Of a stretch of DNA of 64,000 bases, positions 59,967 through 64,000 are shown in pieces. Under the pieces are notes generated by a model that was not told where the DNA came from, did not search any database, and saw only the letters and a list, made by a program, of their open reading frames with translations. Source of the stretch: Pseudomonadales bacterium (GTDB lineage: Bacteria > Pseudomonadota > Gammaproteobacteria > Pseudomonadales > JAUIET01); the NCBI GenBank assembly GCA_037969395.1, contig JBBKXJ010000257.1, positions 10,405-74,404 of the forward strand. The letters are read 5' to 3'. Numbering within the stretch: position 1 is the first letter of the stretch; every line of letters begins with the position of its first letter. Both the position numbers and the translations under genes were made by a program.

Positions 59967-60484
59967 GTTTCTCTCCCATGGCTAAAGCTTGTTATATGTT
60001 AAGTTAGCGCAGGATTTGATATAAGTGAAATACATATAAATTATATTCTTATATCTCTTATAGCTATAAACGCCAGTTAAAGAAGCTCGCGTAAATGCCA
60101 GTGCGTAATTCAATTGGCGCGCTGAAAACCTATAATTTCAACATGAACTCAAGTTGGCAGATTCGGTGTGAGGAGTTGCTGCCAGCAAGGCAGCTGCCAG
60201 TCATCGCATCGCACTTCCTGCGGCATTAGCAATAGCTCACTACCAATGGTGTATTTAACGGATTGCTCCAGCGCGACTGAGTTGCCACGAGTGCTGTGGT
60301 TTGTCGCGCTGTGGGCGGATGGTGTTGCGACCAAGGCGGTGATCGGGTTTGTTATTCGGGCTTGGTTGCTGTAGGTGTAAGCAGCATTGAGCATGCGGCC
60401 AGGACTGAATTTCCGCTACAACGCTGTGCTATGGTACGGTAGTTTGTAGTCGACTGTCCTTTCCAACTATTACCGGGAGCCCTC

Positions 60485-60898
60485 ATGTTCAAAACAATTG
60501 CAATACCCATCGACCTTGCCCACGTCGACAAACAACAGAAAGCGATTGCTATCGCGGCCGATATGGCCAAGTCTTACCAGGCTTCAGTGGTGCTGGTCGG
60601 GGTGACTACCACGGCCCCCAGCAGCCTCGCTCACGACCCGGAAGAGTATGCGCAAAAGCTGGCCGATCTTGCCGCAGAGCAGTCGAAGACGCTAGGCGTC
60701 ACGCTAGCCAGCAAGGCAGTTGCCAGTGTCGACATCAGTATCGATTTAGAAAAGCAACTAGACCGTGTTGTACACGAAATCGGGGCCGACCTTGTGGTGA
60801 TGGCCACGCATGTGCCCGGCTTGCATGACTTTTTGTTCAGGTCACATACGAAATACTTTGCGTCGCATACTGATGTATCGGTGCTCATCGTTCGGTAG
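60485..60898 (+). CDS. universal stress protein (UspA family)
   Basis: 137 aa. MFKTIAIPIDLAH start and C-terminal ADLVVMATH...VSVLIVR pattern. Confidence 0.85.
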   Translation: MFKTIAIPIDLAHVDKQQKAIAIAADMAKSYQASVVLVGVTTTAPSSLAHDPEEYAQKLADLAAEQSKTLGVTLASKAVASVDISIDLEKQLDRVVHEIGADLVVMATHVPGLHDFLFRSHTKYFASHTDVSVLIVR

Positions 60899-60935
60899 TT
60901 AGCCGCGTCGTAATGGCTGTTAACTTTGAACCGAG

Positions 60936-60986
60936 GGGCACACACCTTAGTCTACCTGGCGTTGACGCTTAAATAGGTGTGTGCCC
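60936..60986. other. 12-bp perfect inverted repeat with 27-nt loop between convergent usp and VOC genes
   Basis: GGGCACACACCT...(27 nt)...AGGTGTGTGCCC. It could be a bidirectional terminator or a protein-binding site. There is no adjacent T-run. Confidence 0.35.
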
Positions 60987-60995
60987 TTGCACTAT

Positions 60996-61790
60996 CTAAT
61001 TGCGTGGTCCAACCAACGAAAACGCAGCGCCTTGCGGGTCCATGCCATTCATTGCAAACTCGCCGCCGGGAATTTCCATTGGCTGCTGTGTGATCTGACC
61101 GCCATTTTCCTCTATCGCTTTACACGCTGCATCGATACCGGCCACACGGAAATAATAGGACCAGGCCGAGACCGGCATCTCATCCGGGCGCGGCATTACG
61201 GCGCCGATCATGCCGGGACCATGATGGAAGAACTGATATTTTCCCATAGGCCCCATATCCATGTCCTCTTCCTGGCGCCAGCCGAACTGGTCGGTGTAAA
61301 AGGCCACTGCACCGGCCTGATCGGTGGTGGCAAGTTCGTTCCAGGCGCAATGGCCAATCATGGGCTCAGTCGCCGCAAAAGCATTGCTGGTAGCATCCGG
61401 GTTGTCTGCTGGAGGTGTGGGTTTCATGATATAGAACATTACGCCCTGCGGGTCGGCCACTAAGGCGATGCGGCCAACATCAGGTATATCCGATGCTGCC
61501 ATATGTATGCTGCCACCCGCCGCCTCGATAGACTTTGCCGAGGCATCGACATCGTCTACATTGATATAACCCATCCAGCAGGGCTGCGCACCATTCGACT
61601 TCATTTCATCGGTGAGCGGCATCAGCCCGCCGACGGCTTCTTTGTTTGCCGAAAACACGCGGTAATCCATATCTTCCACGCCACTATCCTCGAATGTCCA
61701 GCCGAGAATTTTCGTGTAAAAATTCTGCGCCTTATCGGCATCGTTTGTCATTAACTCATACCAGATGAAATCGCCATGCTTGTTTGACAT
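60996..61790 (-). CDS. VOC (glyoxalase/bleomycin resistance) family protein, two-domain
   Basis: 264 aa. FIWYELMTNDADKAQNFYTKILGW in module 1, repeated as a CAWNELATTDQAGAVAFYTDQFGW-type module 2. Confidence 0.85.
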   Translation of the reverse strand: MSNKHGDFIWYELMTNDADKAQNFYTKILGWTFEDSGVEDMDYRVFSANKEAVGGLMPLTDEMKSNGAQPCWMGYINVDDVDASAKSIEAAGGSIHMAASDIPDVGRIALVADPQGVMFYIMKPTPPADNPDATSNAFAATEPMIGHCAWNELATTDQAGAVAFYTDQFGWRQEEDMDMGPMGKYQFFHHGPGMIGAVMPRPDEMPVSAWSYYFRVAGIDAACKAIEENGGQITQQPMEIPGGEFAMNGMDPQGAAFSLVGPRN

Positions 61791-61846
61791 TTTGTCTCTC
61801 CTTACGGTGGGGTTGGGATCGCTCAGTGTTTAGTAGCGATGCTGTA

Positions 61847-62218
61847 CTATTTTTCCAGCGTCACTACCGGTGTAAAACCGCCATAAATGAGGCGCCTGCC
61901 ATCGAACGGCATCGGATTCTTCTGCGGGTCCATGCGCGGATCGGTTTTCATCAACTCGTCCATTTTCCCCATTGCTGCATCGCGCGTGGCTTTGTCCGGC
62001 CATTCGATCCAGGAGAACAGCACCGCCTCGTCTTCTTTGGCTTTAACGGCAGCAAAAAAGTCCGTGGTCTTGCCCCTGGGTACATCATCCTGCCAGCATT
62101 CAAGAATGCGGTTAGCCCCCAACTCCATGAACGCCGCATCGGCCTTGTTCGCGTGTTCGATAAACTCTTCTTTTTTCGCCTTTGGGCAAGCTAAAACGAA
62201 ACCGTCTATATAAGTCAT
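61847..62218 (-). CDS. DUF1428 domain-containing protein
   Basis: 123 aa, starting MTYIDGFVLACPKAKKEEF, the family hallmark. Confidence 0.85.
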   Translation of the reverse strand: MTYIDGFVLACPKAKKEEFIEHANKADAAFMELGANRILECWQDDVPRGKTTDFFAAVKAKEDEAVLFSWIEWPDKATRDAAMGKMDELMKTDPRMDPQKNPMPFDGRRLIYGGFTPVVTLEK

Positions 62219-62679
62219 TTCTCTTCTCCTAGTTCACAGGAAAGGTTGTCGAGCGCCGCGCCGAACCCACTGCGGGTATCAGCTAACATTTCTTCATCGC
62301 CCATTGCTGCCACTTGAATGGTGGCCTTCAGCGCTGAGCCCTGCTTTGTTGCAGAAAACTCCAGCGTATGCAGCGCGCCCGAGAGGGTAGCGTCACCCAT
62401 TGAAACGCGCTCTGAATAGACGATTCGTTCATTCGGTTTTATGTCAAGATAAACAGCTTCGACCAGAAACTGAGGGTCATCTTTTGCGCCACAGCGCTGC
62501 AGGTCCTTGCCGCCTATTTCGAAATTCGACTCATCAAATATCAATACGGCGGTGGGCGAGGGTACGCCCCAGCGTACACGCGCGTTCGGGTCGGCAAAGG
62601 CCTGAAAAAGCGCTTCAACAGGAGACTGAAATTCGCGCTCGATAAGCAATGTATCGTGAAATATTTGAGTGTCGCTCAT
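62215..62679 (-). CDS. SRPBCC (AHSA1/START-like) domain-containing protein
   Basis: 154 aa. LLIEREFQSPVEALFQAFADPNARVRW is typical of the Aha1-like SRPBCC family. 4-bp overlap with the DUF1428 gene. Confidence 0.8.
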   Translation of the reverse strand: MSDTQIFHDTLLIEREFQSPVEALFQAFADPNARVRWGVPSPTAVLIFDESNFEIGGKDLQRCGAKDDPQFLVEAVYLDIKPNERIVYSERVSMGDATLSGALHTLEFSATKQGSALKATIQVAAMGDEEMLADTRSGFGAALDNLSCELGEEK

Positions 62680-62708
62680 AACGAATATCTCTTTCGATAA
62701 TTTCAGTT

Positions 62709-62870
62709 TCAGTCATCCAACGTTGGATACCAGTCGCTGCCGCCGTCGGGATAGTCCGCCGGCGCTGTGTGCACCGCGTCGATATGTGACTCAGGCAACA
62801 AAGAGGCATAAAATTTCGCTGCTGCTTCTGCGTTTCTATCGAACCACAGGCAAGTGATTATTTCGGTCAT
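62709..62870 (-). pseudogene. truncated PhnB-like/VOC (3-demethylubiquinone-9 3-methyltransferase domain, PF06983-like) gene remnant
   Basis: 53-aa ORF with a strong GGAGGA RBS: MTEIITCLWFDRNAEAAAKFYASLLPESHIDAVHTAPADYPDGGSDWYPTLDD*. It matches only the first third or so of the ITPCLWFD...AEEAA.FY family, which is normally about 140-160 aa. It stops 29 bp before the next gene. Confidence 0.5.
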
Positions 62871-62893
62871 GCTATTCCTCCGTTAGTCCTCCG

Positions 62894-63355
62894 TTATTGT
62901 TTACAAGACAAGCTTGCAAACTCCGCCAGCAACGTTTCGAATTGCTCCATTGGTGGAAACTCTTTGAAACTGTGTTGCGCCGGAGTCTTGACCCACGGCA
63001 ACTTCTCCGCAGTACAGGTTTCGAGAAACGGCACGAAATCTCTGCGTTCGTCCAGCATCATCGCGCGCACATTGACGAATTCATCCATGCCTGCCGGGCG
63101 AGTAAACATCCAGCTCATGCAATGCGAACAATGGAAGTGCCGATCTTCGCCGTGCAGACCACCGATCACCGGTTCTCCTTTAGTCACGGAGAAACCCGAA
63201 GCAGGGACTCCGACGCTTAGTGAGAAGGCACTGGCGGACATGCGCTGACAGCCGCTGCAGTGGCAGGCGCTGGTGAATAGCGGTGCGGCGGAAATTGCGA
63301 TGCGAACCCGTCCACAGCGGCAGCCGCCTTGCAGTGGGAGTTTCCAGTTAGACAT
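62894..63355 (-). CDS. GFA family protein (glutathione-dependent formaldehyde-activating enzyme/CENP-V fold)
   Basis: 153 aa. Zn-binding Cys pattern GGCRCGRVR...CHCSGCQR...HCSHC. Confidence 0.85.
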   Translation of the reverse strand: MSNWKLPLQGGCRCGRVRIAISAAPLFTSACHCSGCQRMSASAFSLSVGVPASGFSVTKGEPVIGGLHGEDRHFHCSHCMSWMFTRPAGMDEFVNVRAMMLDERRDFVPFLETCTAEKLPWVKTPAQHSFKEFPPMEQFETLLAEFASLSCKQ

Positions 63356-63375
63356 GTTTCCTTCTTTGAGAATGG

Positions 63376-64000
63376 CTACTGACTCGGCGGCGCGTGTCGA
63401 TCAAAAGCCGCCAACTGATCAGCCAGCGCTTTCTGGAAGGCGGATCTTGCTTCGTTGCGCTGTTTATAACGGGTCAGTGCCGGGAAAGCTTCGAGAATAT
63501 CCGTATGCCGCAGGTCGCGCAAGACTGTGGTCATTAGAATATCGGCCGCCGTGAAGGCACCCTCCAGATATTCGCGCTGCTCCAATTGCGGGGCAAGTTC
63601 GCCCAGCCGTTTTTCGATCATAGTGACCACCTGTGGGCGACGTAGCTTAGCCCATTCCTCTTTACGCGAGAAAAAGTCGATATCCGCAAGGTTGCTAATA
63701 TGCGGTTCCAGCGTGTTCAGCGCTGCGAACGTCCAGGTTGTAACACGGGCACGTTCATTGGCGTCGGCTGGCAGTAGCGCCGCAGACTTGCCGGCTATAT
63801 GCAGCACAATCGCGCCGGACTCGAACAACGTTAAGTCGTCTTCCTGATAAACAGGAACCTGAGCAAAAGGCTGCTGCTTACGATAGCTGCTGGAGCTCTT
63901 CTCTTCCTGCCCAATCAAGTGCTCTTCATAGGCTAACCCTGCTTCCTCCAGCGCCCAACGAACACGCAAATCACGCACCGAACCCCTGGCAAAGTCCGGT
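63376..64000 (-). CDS. glutathione S-transferase family protein (N-terminus beyond the right edge)
   Basis: GST N- and C-domain pattern ([13 protein letters not shown]..., [21 protein letters not shown]). The frame stays open upstream of the tracked GTG (..[11 protein letters not shown]..) to position 64000, so the true start is probably outside the window. Confidence 0.8.
   Translation of the reverse strand, partial: PDFARGSVRDLRVRWALEEAGLAYEEHLIGQEEKSSSSYRKQQPFAQVPVYQEDDLTLFESGAIVLHIAGKSAALLPADANERARVTTWTFAALNTLEPHISNLADIDFFSRKEEWAKLRRPQVVTMIEKRLGELAPQLEQREYLEGAFTAADILMTTVLRDLRHTDILEAFPALTRYKQRNEARSAFQKALADQLAAFDRHAPPSQ

Overview
This 64-kb window looks like core chromosome of a moderately GC-rich gammaproteobacterium. 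I call about 64 CDS. I see no rRNA, tRNA, IS element, prophage, integron or CRISPR array. Gene order recalls the Pseudomonas aeruginosa neighbourhoods trxA-rho-ubiD, hemCDXY-algR-algZ-argH, lptM-lysA-dapF-DUF484-xerC-HAD, sutA, glnK-amtB, ubiK and yifB.

The left 14 kb is a dense phosphate/polyphosphate island. It holds DUF47-pitA, an orphan P-loop protein, a PPP-type metallophosphoesterase divergent from ppk1, ppk1, a CYTH-like/CHAD protein translationally coupled to an orphan ParA ATPase, a histidine phosphatase, a two-domain PPK2 and an ATP-cone/P-loop 2-phosphoglycerate-kinase-like protein.

The middle is housekeeping: moaA, LemA-M48 peptidase, gshA, acpH, dsbB, rsd/algQ, trxA, rho, ubiD and the heme genes. 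The right end carries a nitrogen module (TIGR02001 porin-glnK-amtB, then DUF4124 and a second P-II gene) and a small detoxification-type cluster (VOC, DUF1428, SRPBCC, GFA, GST).

The observations most worth follow-up are:
- the CHAD-ParA pair, as a candidate polyphosphate-granule positioning module;
- the PPP metallophosphoesterase next to ppk1, with no Ppx/GppA-family gene in the window;
- a strictly phased 23-bp tandem array filling the algR-hemC intergenic region;
- a SutA-like protein with a lysine-rich rather than acidic N-tail.

All calls come from reading the translated ORFs and the DNA by eye. No database search was run. Start codons are often uncertain, and family names are recollections of motif and architecture.
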